NCBI GenBank assembly: GCA_965203805.1
Contig: OZ241917.1
Span: 3,392,001 to 3,456,000 of the forward strand
DNA: 64,000 bases
Origin: Candidatus Latescibacterota bacterium
GTDB taxonomy: Bacteria; Latescibacterota; UBA2968; GCA-2709665
Direction: 5' to 3'
Part shown: positions 20,671 through 31,445 of the stretch, piece after piece
How the letters are laid out: the number at the start of each line of letters is the position of its first letter
How positions within the stretch are numbered: position 1 is the stretch's first letter
Position numbers and translations under genes: made by a program
The notes under the pieces: model-generated
The model's input: the letters and a program-made list of their open reading frames with translations, nothing else
Databases searched by the model: none
What the model was told of the DNA's origin: nothing

Positions 20671-21660
20671 GTGTTCTTGTTTTATCTGTTATTGACGCTT
20701 GATGTTCATGCTCAACTCCCCGAAAGGGAACTACCGATTCTTCGATTACCTGATGGTCAACCGATCATGGTCCGCATGGCCGAGGATAAGAGACTCTGGG
20801 TATACAACACGACTACGGGCGCCGCAATTAGCCCCTTGCAGGATTTTCGTGAGCAGGTCGCCGGACGACAACCCGGTGGCACTACCGTGTTGAACGAACG
20901 CCCTCGGGACATGGTTGGAAGGTGGGAGTATAAGCCGCATTCCACCAGGGACACTGTTAGTGTCTTAAAGCTATGGGAGGATGGACGTTATCAAAAATAC
21001 TTCCGAACCGTTTCTACTTTATCGATACGACGTGTTTTAATTGATACGTGGGGGGCTGATTCAATACGAATGGATATTGTGGCTGACTCATTGGCTCTGG
21101 AGGATTCAAAATTCGATGAATTTCTCAGGGGAGAGGGTCAGATATTTACGCTGGAGTCTGTCGGTACCTGGGGTGTTGAAGATGATTCACTTCGTGCTTT
21201 CCCCAAGCGATATGACTTGTCGGTAAATAATCTACAGAAGGCCAAAGTGGGAGAATTCTGGTCTGAAGTTGTTCCACTTGTTATGCCTGAAGATGGTGAA
21301 GACTGGACAGGTTTTGTTGCGCTCTTCTATACGCTGTTGAACCTCAGTTATGAACTGAATGTCCTATTTGAATCCTCAAATAATCTGGGCGCACCTTCCG
21401 TGGGAGAATCTAACAGAACCGTATTGATACTGACAGATGCCGAAGGTGGCGAACAGTGGCTGACACAGACTCATTGGAACCCGGCTTCGGCAGATGTTAA
21501 TGCGGATCGCGAAGTTAATTTCACTGACTTTGTGATATTTGCTCGAGGGTTCGGCCAGGAAATCGAGAACCTGGTATTTGATGAACGTTTGGATCTTGAC
21601 GGAGACGGGAGCATCGCATGGAATGACTTTCTGATTTTCGCTCAACAAATGGGTCGGTAA
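20671..21660 (+). CDS. Secreted protein with C-terminal dockerin-like double EF-hand
   Basis: Signal peptide-like start; ADVNADREVNFTDFVIFARGFG and LDLDGDGSIAWNDFLIFAQQMG. Confidence 0.7.
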   Translation: MFLFYLLLTLDVHAQLPERELPILRLPDGQPIMVRMAEDKRLWVYNTTTGAAISPLQDFREQVAGRQPGGTTVLNERPRDMVGRWEYKPHSTRDTVSVLKLWEDGRYQKYFRTVSTLSIRRVLIDTWGADSIRMDIVADSLALEDSKFDEFLRGEGQIFTLESVGTWGVEDDSLRAFPKRYDLSVNNLQKAKVGEFWSEVVPLVMPEDGEDWTGFVALFYTLLNLSYELNVLFESSNNLGAPSVGESNRTVLILTDAEGGEQWLTQTHWNPASADVNADREVNFTDFVIFARGFGQEIENLVFDERLDLDGDGSIAWNDFLIFAQQMGR

Positions 21661-21782
21661 ATGAGGCAGGAAAGACGATTCTGGTTCTTTGAGAGAGGAT
21701 CGTCTCTCGAGTCTTCAGCAGGCAGGTAACGAGGTCTTGCCGCGTCCAGCCTTTTGCGGTTCACGAACATTCCCGCCTGGCG

Positions 21783-22460
21783 ATTTTCCACGAACAGGTA
21801 GACCTGAATGGGGATGGGGTTATAGATTTCGCTGATTTTTTGTCCTTTTCAAAGTTATTCGGAACAACGGTTACTGATACCGGCCAGCCGGATTTAACCA
21901 TAACCATGCTCTCGATCGATTTTATAGTTTCCGATCCTGATTCTTCAGCCAGTGTGATTGGTATTGATGTACACAATCGCGGTGACAAAAATTCGCCTCC
22001 CGCCACGGTACGATTTTATCGCTCAAATGATGAAACCATTAATCGAGAAGATACCGAACTCGGAGAAGCCGAAGTTCCTGCTCTAGCGGCTCACGATTCC
22101 ATCTATGTAGGTTTCGATACAAAGCCTCTGGACCCAGGGGAGTATTATTTCGGCGCCTGTGTGGACGCTGTAGACGATGAATCAAATACCGAAAACAACT
22201 GTTCAACCTCATTCAAGATCACCGTATCCAGGAAGACCGATCCCACCGAACCCAGGAGCCTGGGCAAGTGTGAAGCCCGAATGGTAGTAAAACCCAATGA
22301 GGAATGTACGCTTACCAACGGGGTATTTCGCAATATTGGTGGAGGTTGCTATAACTACACACCGTTTGGTTCCGGACGATTCTGCTCTGCCAGTTTTAAC
22401 TTGAATGGGTTCCAGGGTACCCGGGTTGGTGATGATTTTCGAATTGACGTTGTGCCGTAA
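21783..22460 (+). pseudogene. 5'-truncated dockerin-CARDB protein
   Basis: In-frame VDLNGDGVIDFADFLSFSKLFG begins upstream of the TTG at 21840; no signal peptide; in-frame stop at 21690-21692; CARDB motif GEYYFGACVDAVDDESNTENNC. Confidence 0.6.
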
Positions 22461-23515
22461 TTTTGTGCCCGGAAGCGGCAGACAACCGGCGTTCGCTGAT
22501 TTCAAACAAAGGATCACTGCGGCATCTTAAGGTGATACCGCACTCAGATCAGAAATCGGCGCGTTTTTGTTGATGAAAAGGAATTGGCTATAGCCACAGT
22601 TGAAGAACTCACTAATCTGCTAAAGAAACACAAGACAGCACCGATCGTTAACCAAACCCGTTATCTATATAAGCAGACAGTCGTTCGCATTGGGGAATAC
22701 AATGGAGGTTCTGGACAAATACGGAAGTAGTTACAAACACCAATCCACTGACCTTGGTGAACATATCCTTGATTAGCCTTAATTCGATACGTGCGCCGTG
22801 AAAAGGCGCGTAACTCCAGTGGGTGAGAATCCCGCCCGACGAAATTTGCTGCCGCCTACCTCCGCCGGATGCTCGGCAGGCATCTCCGTAACAACCGGAG
22901 AGGGGACGCGGGTAACGACATCTCCGAAGCTTCCGGTGTAGAGGGTCGCAATGCGACTTGACGAGTATGTGCGTCGTCAATGTCGGCTTTTTGGACCTGG
23001 ATACGGGGAAATGAGACCTTTAGCGGCGATTATTGCCAAAAGGGCGGGATCCGGTCGGGCGCTGAAACGAGCAACGGCGCCGGGCGCTTCGCTCCAGGGC
23101 TACCGGACTCCGTGGCCTGGCCGAGATCCCGTCCAGGGCGCGAGGGGCAGACATCCGGGTCAGTATCAAGAACCGCACGGGTCGTCATCCGGAGATTAGC
23201 TGTGGCTCAAACCTGGTTCCGCGGCCTGGGCCGCACTATTCATCGTTCGCCACCGTGACCGTCGTATATGGCTATTGACGTGTTAATTTGTCTTGAAAAG
23301 AGATGAAACGCGGCATTGCGGGTAGAAACGGCTAATTTAGCGTGATGTATCTGTTGAAATAATGTAGCAATTCTGATTCTACGACTTCAGGGATAGTCTA
23401 CCCGGGAACTCAATTCGCCTTTGATCTTCGGGGAAAATTCGATTTCAGGCTGCCGAAGAATGAAGAATCAAATTTGGAGTGTGTTTTATGCCATTTTATA
23501 GTCCAGGAGGGCAAA

Positions 23516-24610
23516 ATGTCCAATAAAATCTCCGCGTTATTCTTTCTTGTCTTCGTCTTTGCCGCTCATACGTACGCGCAATCCGACTATCTGGTCTATA
23601 CCGTTGGGGAAAAAGCGGAAATCCCGCTGCCCGAAAAGATCGATCTTATCGAGACGAAGTATCTGGTGAATTTGAAGTGGGGATCGTATTCTGGGCCGCA
23701 ATCCAGAGTTATGGTGTTGCCGATAAAAAATCTCGCCGCGCGGCGAAGGGTGTCCGTGAACGAAATCGAAGCGATAGTTATAGACGTGATCAATCAGACG
23801 AACCGTTTTCGCCTGGTCGAACGTCAGGTTCTCAACTCGGTCCTCGGTGAGCAGGACCTGGGAGAATCCGGACGCCTCGCCACGCCATCGGCGGCAAAAA
23901 TCGGCAAGGTGCTTGGAGCGCAATATATGATGAAGGTCGTCATCACGGACTATGAAGAGAACGTATCGGGCGGTAGCGGTGGCGGCATCGGTGGCGTATT
24001 AAAAAAAGCGGCGGCGGTGGGTGGCGTCGGGATTTCGAAATCCGAAAGTCGAGTCGGAATGGCATTTCGCCTGATCGATGCAGAGACGAGCGAAGTGTTA
24101 TTCTCGAAACAGATTGAATCGAGAATCAAAAAATCCGGACTGAAAGTCGGTGGCGGCCTTCTATTTGGAAGGCGAGCATTCGGTGGCGCCGTATTCTCCA
24201 AATACGCCAAGACACCCATTGGTCAAGCGGTCATTGCCGGGGTTAACAAGGGCGTCTTTGAGCTGGTCAAACAGATTGGCAGCCTGCCCGCTACCGGTCG
24301 CGTTATCAAGGCCGCAGGCAACAAGGTCTGGATAAACATCGGCAATGAGGTCGTTTCGTCGGGCGACGTGCTCAAGATCGAGTCAAAAGGCGAGGAATTG
24401 ATCGATCCGGATACCGGAATCAGCCTGGGCAGCGACGACACGGAAATTGGCACGATACGTGTGAATATGGCTCAGGAGAAGTTCAGCATCGCCGAAATCG
24501 TCTCCATCAGTGGGACGGTGAATCGCGGAGACAAGGTGATTTCTACGGTACCTCCGCCGCGTATCGAGTTTGCAGATCGGTGGGAGAAACCGAAACGGGG
24601 CCAATTCTGA
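23516..24610 (+). CDS. CsgG/HfaB-family protein with FlgT-like C-terminal domain
   Basis: Signal peptide; RFRLVERQVLNSVLGEQDL, AAKIGKVLGAQY, FRLIDAETSEV; ELIDPDTGISLG; AGGAGG RBS. Confidence 0.8.
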   Translation: MSNKISALFFLVFVFAAHTYAQSDYLVYTVGEKAEIPLPEKIDLIETKYLVNLKWGSYSGPQSRVMVLPIKNLAARRRVSVNEIEAIVIDVINQTNRFRLVERQVLNSVLGEQDLGESGRLATPSAAKIGKVLGAQYMMKVVITDYEENVSGGSGGGIGGVLKKAAAVGGVGISKSESRVGMAFRLIDAETSEVLFSKQIESRIKKSGLKVGGGLLFGRRAFGGAVFSKYAKTPIGQAVIAGVNKGVFELVKQIGSLPATGRVIKAAGNKVWINIGNEVVSSGDVLKIESKGEELIDPDTGISLGSDDTEIGTIRVNMAQEKFSIAEIVSISGTVNRGDKVISTVPPPRIEFADRWEKPKRGQF

Positions 24611-24659
24611 GGGCTTATAATCCCTACGACTTCAGTTTCAAAAGCAACCTCCAATTTGC

Positions 24660-24930
24660 AGTGAATGATTGGGCAAGTACTATTTTTAGTTGAAAAACGA
24701 GAGGCGGTTTGGTCGGCGGAGTAGGCCTCTTGAGCGTCATGATCGAGTTGGATCTGAGTGTGGGAAGAAATCGGTATCCTTTGATTCTTCGCAATCGTGG
24801 CTGTATATCCAACAGCGCGGCTGCCAACCACCGATATCGCTGATCGGAGTTGTTCCATCGTTTTACATTCCGTTTGCGCTGTGCGACCATAGCGTTGAGG
24901 GATTCGATACGGGTAGCAATTGGCCCTCTT
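24660..24930 (-). pseudogene. IS256-family transposase C-terminal remnant
   Basis: IESLNAMVAQRKRNVKRW...RWLAAALLDIQPRLRRIKGY motif; no N-terminus; boundaries approximate. Confidence 0.7.
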
Positions 24931-25113
24931 GTACGTCCATATTCAATCATTAGCTTTATTTCGTCAATGCGGCGTGAAAAGGCGCATTGACGAAATATGG
25001 TCTGAAGGGAGGTAGTGATGTAGAAGCACAAACAGGACACGTGGCCTTTGGTTTAGCCTGGCTGCCCGATGTTGGCACAGCAGATGCGGATGTTGATAAA
25101 TAAGGAGAATAGT

Positions 25114-25857
25114 ATGCGATGGTTTGTTCTAATAGTGCTGGTGGTGTTTGCATCAGTTTTAATCGCCCAGGAATCGACGGTTGAACACATCCCCGGAGAT
25201 ATAAACCGTGACGGAACGGTTGACTTTCAAGACTTTCTTGAATTGGCGAAGAATTTTGGCAAAACTGGCCCCCCACCAACACCTGTGACGCCTGATACGG
25301 TTACAGTCGAAGTCGAGGTAGAAGTAATTGTACGAGACACAGTTCGTATTCGGGAGACTATCCAAGTCCCCGGTCCGAGCGCACGGGTACAACGGGCTCA
25401 GAAGATGTTTGGTTATTGGACGTTTTATTGGGCCACATTAGAAGATCATTATCTCTTTGGACACACCTTTCAGGAAGATGAAACCGACAAGACAAAAGAA
25501 GTATTATACAGCGGTGTGAGTGATTTAGGGACAGTCGCTTTTGGCCGGTGGAATACGGACAGACAGCAGTATGGTTTTCTGCACCGTATAATTCAAGACG
25601 GGCAAAAGTACTATTATCTGTTTGACTGGGAAACCGGCAATGGTGCTATATACTCGATCGACGGCGATAATTCATACAAGATTAGTGATTTCAAAGCTGG
25701 TAGTGGCCGAAAACCGGCATACGGGGGATTCAAAGAATGGGTCACTGCGGCCAGCAAAGTGGTACCACAGACGAACCATGGACCAGCTCCACCTGAAGTT
25801 ATCGCCGAGGCGATGGATCTTCAGAGAGAACTAGAGGCAATGGGAGTCAATTGGTAG
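25114..25857 (+). CDS. Secreted protein with N-terminal single dockerin-like EF-hand
   Basis: AAGGAG RBS, signal peptide, GDINRDGTVDFQDFLELAKNFG, Pro/Thr linker. Confidence 0.7.
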   Translation: MRWFVLIVLVVFASVLIAQESTVEHIPGDINRDGTVDFQDFLELAKNFGKTGPPPTPVTPDTVTVEVEVEVIVRDTVRIRETIQVPGPSARVQRAQKMFGYWTFYWATLEDHYLFGHTFQEDETDKTKEVLYSGVSDLGTVAFGRWNTDRQQYGFLHRIIQDGQKYYYLFDWETGNGAIYSIDGDNSYKISDFKAGSGRKPAYGGFKEWVTAASKVVPQTNHGPAPPEVIAEAMDLQRELEAMGVNW

Positions 25858-25888
25858 AATACCAATGGCTATTCAACGGGAGGGTGAG

Positions 25889-26386
25889 ATGAAACGGTTT
25901 CTCGTAGTAATGTTGTTGCTTGCAGGTATTCCGAAATTCGCAATGGCTCAAGAATCAACGGAAGTGGCTATGGGCGCTCGTCTCGGCTTAAGTAATGTCT
26001 CTGGCCTTTTTGCCTTGGAACTACAAGGGGCAAATATAATGGGCAGTGTGGGTTGGATGCCTGCTTTCGGCGATGGAGCAGAGAGTATATTCAGACCGCT
26101 ACGCATTGCTTTGGCTCTGCGTGCTAAAGTGAAGAAAATCGGACACAGTCCGGTTCTGAGTATTTCGTTTATGACAAGGTATGCCGGTTATAATTACGGT
26201 ACCGGGGTCAAGGCCTTTCCTTTCTTATCTGCATCCGTTGGCTATCGAATTCTAATCGGTGATAAGGCAGATCTGATCATTGGCGGGGGACTTGGTTTAA
26301 ATGTGGGTCTTGATGAATTGGGAAAGGTTGCCGGACTAAAACGTCTCTGGCCGGCGATTGACCTGACCGTTGGTATTTTGCCTTGA
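25889..26386 (+). CDS. Putative small outer-membrane beta-barrel protein
   Basis: Signal peptide; alternating hydrophobic/Gly strands (ASVGYR, GGGLG, IDLTVG). Confidence 0.55.
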   Translation: MKRFLVVMLLLAGIPKFAMAQESTEVAMGARLGLSNVSGLFALELQGANIMGSVGWMPAFGDGAESIFRPLRIALALRAKVKKIGHSPVLSISFMTRYAGYNYGTGVKAFPFLSASVGYRILIGDKADLIIGGGLGLNVGLDELGKVAGLKRLWPAIDLTVGILP

Positions 26387-26403
26387 GTTGAGGAGAACCC
26401 GCA

Positions 26404-27381
26404 ATGCGAATACGCAGTATATCCATCGCGATATTATTGGTGAGTTGCGGACCGGCAACCCATGTCACTTTGTCCATAAAACGACCTGCCGAAATACACC
26501 TTGAAGGGATAGATAACCTGGCGATTGCAGAGATTAAAGGACGTGGTGAAGGCAAACTGGCAACGCTAGGTGATTTATTGCGGATTGGTGCTGGCGGCGA
26601 ATCTAAACGCGCTGGGAAAGAACGGTTGGTCGCGGAATTACGTACCGCTCTTGTTGCGTCTGAACGGTTCAGGTTGTTGAGTCTTCACGCACAATTGGAC
26701 TCAACTGCCAGACAACGAACGGCGGCGATTTACGGCGAAATCGTGCGCTACGATTATGATGAAGATTTAGACTGGAAGGACGAAAAGCGCACAAACAAGA
26801 AAACCAAAGTGACGAGAACTGTGCGAAAGTTTACTCGTACTGGTACTGTAGATGTTGGAATCACACTTCGTGTGTTGGATCTGACTACCTCGCGCATTCT
26901 GGCTGAACGTCATTTCCGTGACCGAAATAGTACCACCAACAAGAGTGAGGACACGAAACCCAATGCAATTCGCTCAGGTCCTCTATTCGATAGAGCCCGT
27001 GCAAAAATTGTCCGAAATTTCGTACGTATGATATCTCCGTATGTAGAATTCGTACGGGTTTCTTTCGAGACGGACAAAGAAATACCCGAATTGGCCCAAG
27101 GGTACGCATTGGCAAAGGTCAATGATTGGGATGGGGCGATCGATATCTTTAGATCGGTAGTAGCGACTCAGCCCCATTCTCCCAAGATTCATACAGCACA
27201 TTACAATTTGGGCCTCTCCTATATGTACACGGATCGGTTCGATGAGGCCAGATCATCTTTTCGCAATGCGCTCCTGGGCAAGTCTTCCGATAAGTACGAA
27301 CGGGCAATGACAGAGTTGACAAAGCGTATTAGTGACAAACAACGGCTCATCGAACAGGGTGAAGTTCCAATCGAACAATAA
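26404..27381 (+). CDS. Lipoprotein with CsgG-like fold and C-terminal TPR
   Basis: Lipobox LVSC; LRVLDLTTSRIL; AHYNLGLSY TPR. Confidence 0.65.
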   Translation: MRIRSISIAILLVSCGPATHVTLSIKRPAEIHLEGIDNLAIAEIKGRGEGKLATLGDLLRIGAGGESKRAGKERLVAELRTALVASERFRLLSLHAQLDSTARQRTAAIYGEIVRYDYDEDLDWKDEKRTNKKTKVTRTVRKFTRTGTVDVGITLRVLDLTTSRILAERHFRDRNSTTNKSEDTKPNAIRSGPLFDRARAKIVRNFVRMISPYVEFVRVSFETDKEIPELAQGYALAKVNDWDGAIDIFRSVVATQPHSPKIHTAHYNLGLSYMYTDRFDEARSSFRNALLGKSSDKYERAMTELTKRISDKQRLIEQGEVPIEQ

Positions 27382-27449
27382 GGGGGTGTCACGGATCGCC
27401 CTGCGCGCAATCGGAGAAGGGTAATTTTCATCTTGAACGTGGGTTAGGT

Positions 27450-28018
27450 AGGCCATGTCTGGCTTGCCGAACTCCCGTCACCTTTACCGGATGCCGCGAC
27501 CATTGCCAGTGATCAAACCCGCAACAACGACGACCGCCCCAGCAGTTTCGGGCGGTGGGGAAATACAAACTCATCATGGATGGCAAACCCCGATACTTTA
27601 AAGAACAGGCCATCGACAACTACATCAAACGCAAACAGAGTGAAGCCCTGCCTGAACACATCAGAAACCGACGCAATAACGTCGAAGCCAGCCTCTTCCA
27701 GTTGAGCTATTACACCCGAAACGGCAAAACTCGCTATCGTGGATTGATGCCACATCAGCTGTGGGCGCACTGTCGTGGCTTATGGGTCAATCTCGTTCGG
27801 ATCCAGAATTACCTCACCTCACCCACGATGCTCCCCGCATAAGATGCGACTTTTTTATGCATATCCTTGCCCCAAAACCACGCGAGCAACCTCGTAAACC
27901 GCCTCTGTGTTGATGGGCCGCAACCCGATGCACTTTCACCACGCAACGCGACCTCTCAATACACAACACTGACACCTACACACGAAATCTTCCTGAACCC
28001 CCTTCTCGGAGGGGACTC
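27450..28018 (+). pseudogene. IS5/IS1182-like transposase C-terminal remnant with right end
   Basis: RNRRNNVEASLFQL...KTRYRGL in ORF 27555-27842; TTCTCGGAGGGGACTC terminal-repeat-like end near 28003-28018; left boundary approximate. Confidence 0.6.
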
Positions 28019-28268
28019 AAGGGTGGGAAAGAAAGTTGGATAAGGAAGCAAATAAGACTCGAAGGCGAAGAATCGGTAATGCCCACCAAAGAGATTTTAG
28101 ATAGAGTCACGGGCGAATTGGATTGGCATTTCGCCGAAGACCATACAGTAACAGAGAGATTCTCCAAAGCCCATGTCGAGTCGGTTCGCTACTAATCTCG
28201 TGAACATCCAGAATAGTCTTCATTGAAAAGTGCAGGGCCTGTCACATCACATCAAAAGGAGGCTCAAC

Positions 28269-28916
28269 GTGTTGCGATTCCTGGTGTTCTCGCTGTGTTT
28301 ATCGCCTGTCATCGCTCATGCAGGATCCACGGTCTGGCCGCACCTGGGCGTGGCCCGTTCTACGATGACCAATATACCGGATGAGGCTGGTGTAACAGTC
28401 AAAGGTCGGACTGCAGCGTCGCTCGGTCTTGCCATCGAGAATTCGGCGTTGCCAGTGTTATTTGGCATCTCCTACACACAGAAGGGGATGTCTGCCGTGA
28501 GTACTGGCGATGACGATTCCTTATTCGGTGAATTTGGAGGCGGCTGGCGATTGGGTTATCTGGAAATCTCGGCACTTGGGAAGTTAGGCACGCCTTTTGG
28601 AACCCAGGCGGAAGGCTACTTGTTGTTCGGTGGGTATGGAGGATTGCAGACCGATTGTGAGTTAAAGATCACAATCGAGGATGCCACGATTGACCTGCCT
28701 TGCGACTCTCCCGACGTTGAGATGGACCACCGCAACAAGAATCGCTTTGGGTTAGTGGTGGGCGCCGGCGCCTCTCAACAGGTCAGCGGTGTGCGCGTGG
28801 CGCTCGCTCTGACCTACGCGTTCGATCTGACGTCTATGTCTCTCGACGATGAGAAGTCGAAGCATCGGACACTTGGAGCCAAGTTGGGGATAGGGATTCC
28901 GTTCGGGAGTCAGTGA
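28269..28916 (+). CDS. Outer-membrane beta-barrel (porin family) protein
   Basis: AAGGAGG RBS before GTG; signal peptide; YTQKG, LGYLEIS, FGLVVGAG, C-terminal LGIGIPF. Confidence 0.7.
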   Translation: MLRFLVFSLCLSPVIAHAGSTVWPHLGVARSTMTNIPDEAGVTVKGRTAASLGLAIENSALPVLFGISYTQKGMSAVSTGDDDSLFGEFGGGWRLGYLEISALGKLGTPFGTQAEGYLLFGGYGGLQTDCELKITIEDATIDLPCDSPDVEMDHRNKNRFGLVVGAGASQQVSGVRVALALTYAFDLTSMSLDDEKSKHRTLGAKLGIGIPFGSQ

Positions 28917-29112
28917 AACTCTGGATGTTCAGGTCGGCCTGGTGGTGTCATGCATATAAACCCTTTTCAAGTTGGAGTTTGGCATTGGGGAATGTACCTA
29001 CCTTTAACGCCCTTGATGTGGAAACAACATAGCAATTCTGATTCAGATGTCAATTGGACCGACACGAAAGCGCGTCCAGCAGGTTGAAGAACAAGTACAG
29101 ATACCCACTCCT

Positions 29113-29208
29113 GGGCGGTCAAGCGGTGTGACGCGCGTCCGTAAAGGGCAGCCAATGGCGACGCATACCTTCGTTATTCCTCCATCGGTCGCCGCTGTCC
29201 TGCCGCCC
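29113..29208 (+). ncRNA. Candidate structured RNA motif (homologues at 41353-41449 minus strand and partial at ~20316-20425)
   Basis: Nested stems GGGCGG/CCGCCC, AGGGCAGC/GCTGTCCT, GGCGAC/GTCGCC with a CAAT bulge; compensatory changes in the homologue. Confidence 0.5.
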
Positions 29209-29366
29209 GGAAAAAACGGGCGTGTGCGGAGCAAACCGGCGAGGTTTTTCGGCCGAGTGATTTTTCCGCCGCTGGCTATGGCTCACCACAGCCGAAGAAG
29301 ATATAAAATCTGCCTGAGAATCAACAGCAGGAAACATCTGCTTTTTTTCAAACGAGGGTTTCTAAG

Positions 29367-31136
29367 TTGGCATCCCAAAACGCAACGACGTTGATCGCCG
29401 CCCTCGCGTTGCTGACATTCGTGTCCCGCGCGGCCATCGGCGCCGGCTCAAACGGTGGTACTTTGACAGCGCAGGCGATCCCCGGTAATGCCATTGCCGA
29501 TGACACTTCGACTCTGCCCGACTTCGATGGCGACGGGACGGTCGGTTTTGGCGACTTCGTAAAGTTCGCGGCGAAGTTCGGCCTGGGTCAGGGCGATGAC
29601 GGATATGACGCGGATTACGATCTGGATAGCGATGGCAGTATCGGGTTTTCAGATTTTCTGATCTTTGCGCGTGCCTTCGGTAAAAAAACGCCGCCCTCAA
29701 ACGGCGGTCCATCGGACGACCCCTTTGCCCGGCGTTGGAACAACATCCCGGCCCAACCGTGGTGGCGGGAGTCTGCGCCGTATTCATGTGCCTCAGAGGC
29801 AAAGACCACGTCTCCGTGGATTGCGAACGGGCTGCAGGACCTCGGCGGGGCCGACTCTCTATCGTTGATCCGGTACTTCGGGAACGGGAGCTATTTGCGG
29901 TATGGCCACATGGGCTTTTCCGGGTGCACACCGCTGGACAAATACCCCGACCGCTTCCACAGGGACCCACCCGCAGACCCGACCTACTACTCCCTGGGTA
30001 ATCTGGACATATGGGTAGACGTTGCCCGGGTGCCGTCGGATGCCTCGGGATGGTCCGATGACGATGGGACTCGTGTCGATATGACTATGAAGAAAGCCGT
30101 CCAACTTTTGAATCAGTACGTCGCTCCCTATTTCAGGAGAATCTCGCAGGACAATCTCCGCATGACCTTTCATGAAGGCAACGAATTCAACGTCGGGGGT
30201 GACGGTGGGCCGGGCAATGCACAACTGCAGCAATTTAAACTGGTCGGAGCCTGTTTGGACGGCTGCGAGTACGGGGCCCCGGGGGGATTGAACCGCATCC
30301 TGCTCAATGACGTAGCCTCCGATTCCGGAGGCGAGGCGTACAATGGTTGGGCTCGCTTTGGGCTCGCAAGCTTCCGGAGCGCCTACATGGAAACGATCGT
30401 CCATGAGATGGGTCACGGGTGGATGGCGTGGCCGCACTCCTATTCGGAGGTGCGATTGCGGGAAAATCCCAGTGATGAAATTGACCCTCCCAACCCCTAT
30501 TCCAACCTGTTCGACATTATGTCGAGCCTGGCCTTGAACCCGATATCGAGCTGGGACCATGAGATGATGCCATCGACCCTGGCCGTCAATCGCTACGCCG
30601 CGGGCTGGATCAAACCTGAAGACGTGGCGTTGCACCTGGTTGAAAACGCCACCTACACCTTGGTCAAACCGCGGGAAAGCGGGTATCAATTCCTGGTTGT
30701 GCATTCCGGGCGTCCCAACGCTTTCACGACGTTGGAGGTTCTGGAAGAACGTCCCTCTAAATTTGCGGCGAATATAGACGTGTACGACCCCTCCATCTCC
30801 GGGTATCGGCCCCGCAGGTACGACGGTGTGCTGGTCAGCCGTTACGATCAGACCGCCGGCACGGGCACCGAAGCCCGGCTCGGTCCGGCGCTCTATCATA
30901 AGGATAATCCGAACTTATTCGAAGACATGCAATTTGGTAAGGATGACTACTCGCTCATCGCGGACGGCGAGAAACGGGACATCGGCGGCGGTGTCACCGT
31001 TTCCGTTAGCAAGAACGGGGACGGCAGCTATGATGTCAACGTGAGCGGAGGAAGAGTAGCGAATTTTGAAGTATGGTGTTCACCCTTCTGGTGGTCGGGC
31101 GAATACGACACCGGATGCTATCTGGACGACGGCTAA
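29367..31136 (+). CDS. Secreted dockerin-containing zinc metallopeptidase (M6/M11-like HExGH)
   Basis: Signal peptide; DFDGDGTVGFGDFVKFAAKFG and DLDSDGSIGFSDFLIFARAFG; HEMGHGW...PHS; FDIMS Met-turn; AGWI. Confidence 0.75.
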   Translation: MASQNATTLIAALALLTFVSRAAIGAGSNGGTLTAQAIPGNAIADDTSTLPDFDGDGTVGFGDFVKFAAKFGLGQGDDGYDADYDLDSDGSIGFSDFLIFARAFGKKTPPSNGGPSDDPFARRWNNIPAQPWWRESAPYSCASEAKTTSPWIANGLQDLGGADSLSLIRYFGNGSYLRYGHMGFSGCTPLDKYPDRFHRDPPADPTYYSLGNLDIWVDVARVPSDASGWSDDDGTRVDMTMKKAVQLLNQYVAPYFRRISQDNLRMTFHEGNEFNVGGDGGPGNAQLQQFKLVGACLDGCEYGAPGGLNRILLNDVASDSGGEAYNGWARFGLASFRSAYMETIVHEMGHGWMAWPHSYSEVRLRENPSDEIDPPNPYSNLFDIMSSLALNPISSWDHEMMPSTLAVNRYAAGWIKPEDVALHLVENATYTLVKPRESGYQFLVVHSGRPNAFTTLEVLEERPSKFAANIDVYDPSISGYRPRRYDGVLVSRYDQTAGTGTEARLGPALYHKDNPNLFEDMQFGKDDYSLIADGEKRDIGGGVTVSVSKNGDGSYDVNVSGGRVANFEVWCSPFWWSGEYDTGCYLDDG

Positions 31137-31254
31137 CCGAGTGTCCTCCCAATCCTTCAGATGAACCGGTTGTCCAATTCCGCGACTTTCTGAAAGGACA
31201 AAGAACAGCCGCCGGCGACGACCCGCGACCGCGCAAGGTGTGCGGACCTCTTAA

Positions 31255-31445
31255 CCTCAATACGACAAAAGCAGCAACGCTCCACCGCGACAAGACCTTC
31301 CGAATTGGGCCGAAAAGGTCGTCAGGAAGGGAATTTTTTCCGTTCACGTCCAGTGACCTGAAGGATCATGGAAATCAGCAGTTAAATCACCTTTAATCAC
31401 TTGCGTATATTCGATTTAACGTCACCGAAGAATGACGAATCATAG
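31255..31445 (+). mobile_element. 191-bp MITE-like element, copy B
   Basis: Identical to 16961-17151 including flanks. Confidence 0.7.

Noticed and set aside
22500-22800. Possible gene fragment (…EKELAIATVEELTNLLKK…)
   Set aside because: No start, interrupted by stops, and no recognisable family
29047-29394. ORF sharing GQPMA with ORF 40965-41537
   Set aside because: Similarity continues at DNA level across a 1-nt indel, so conservation is structural rather than coding
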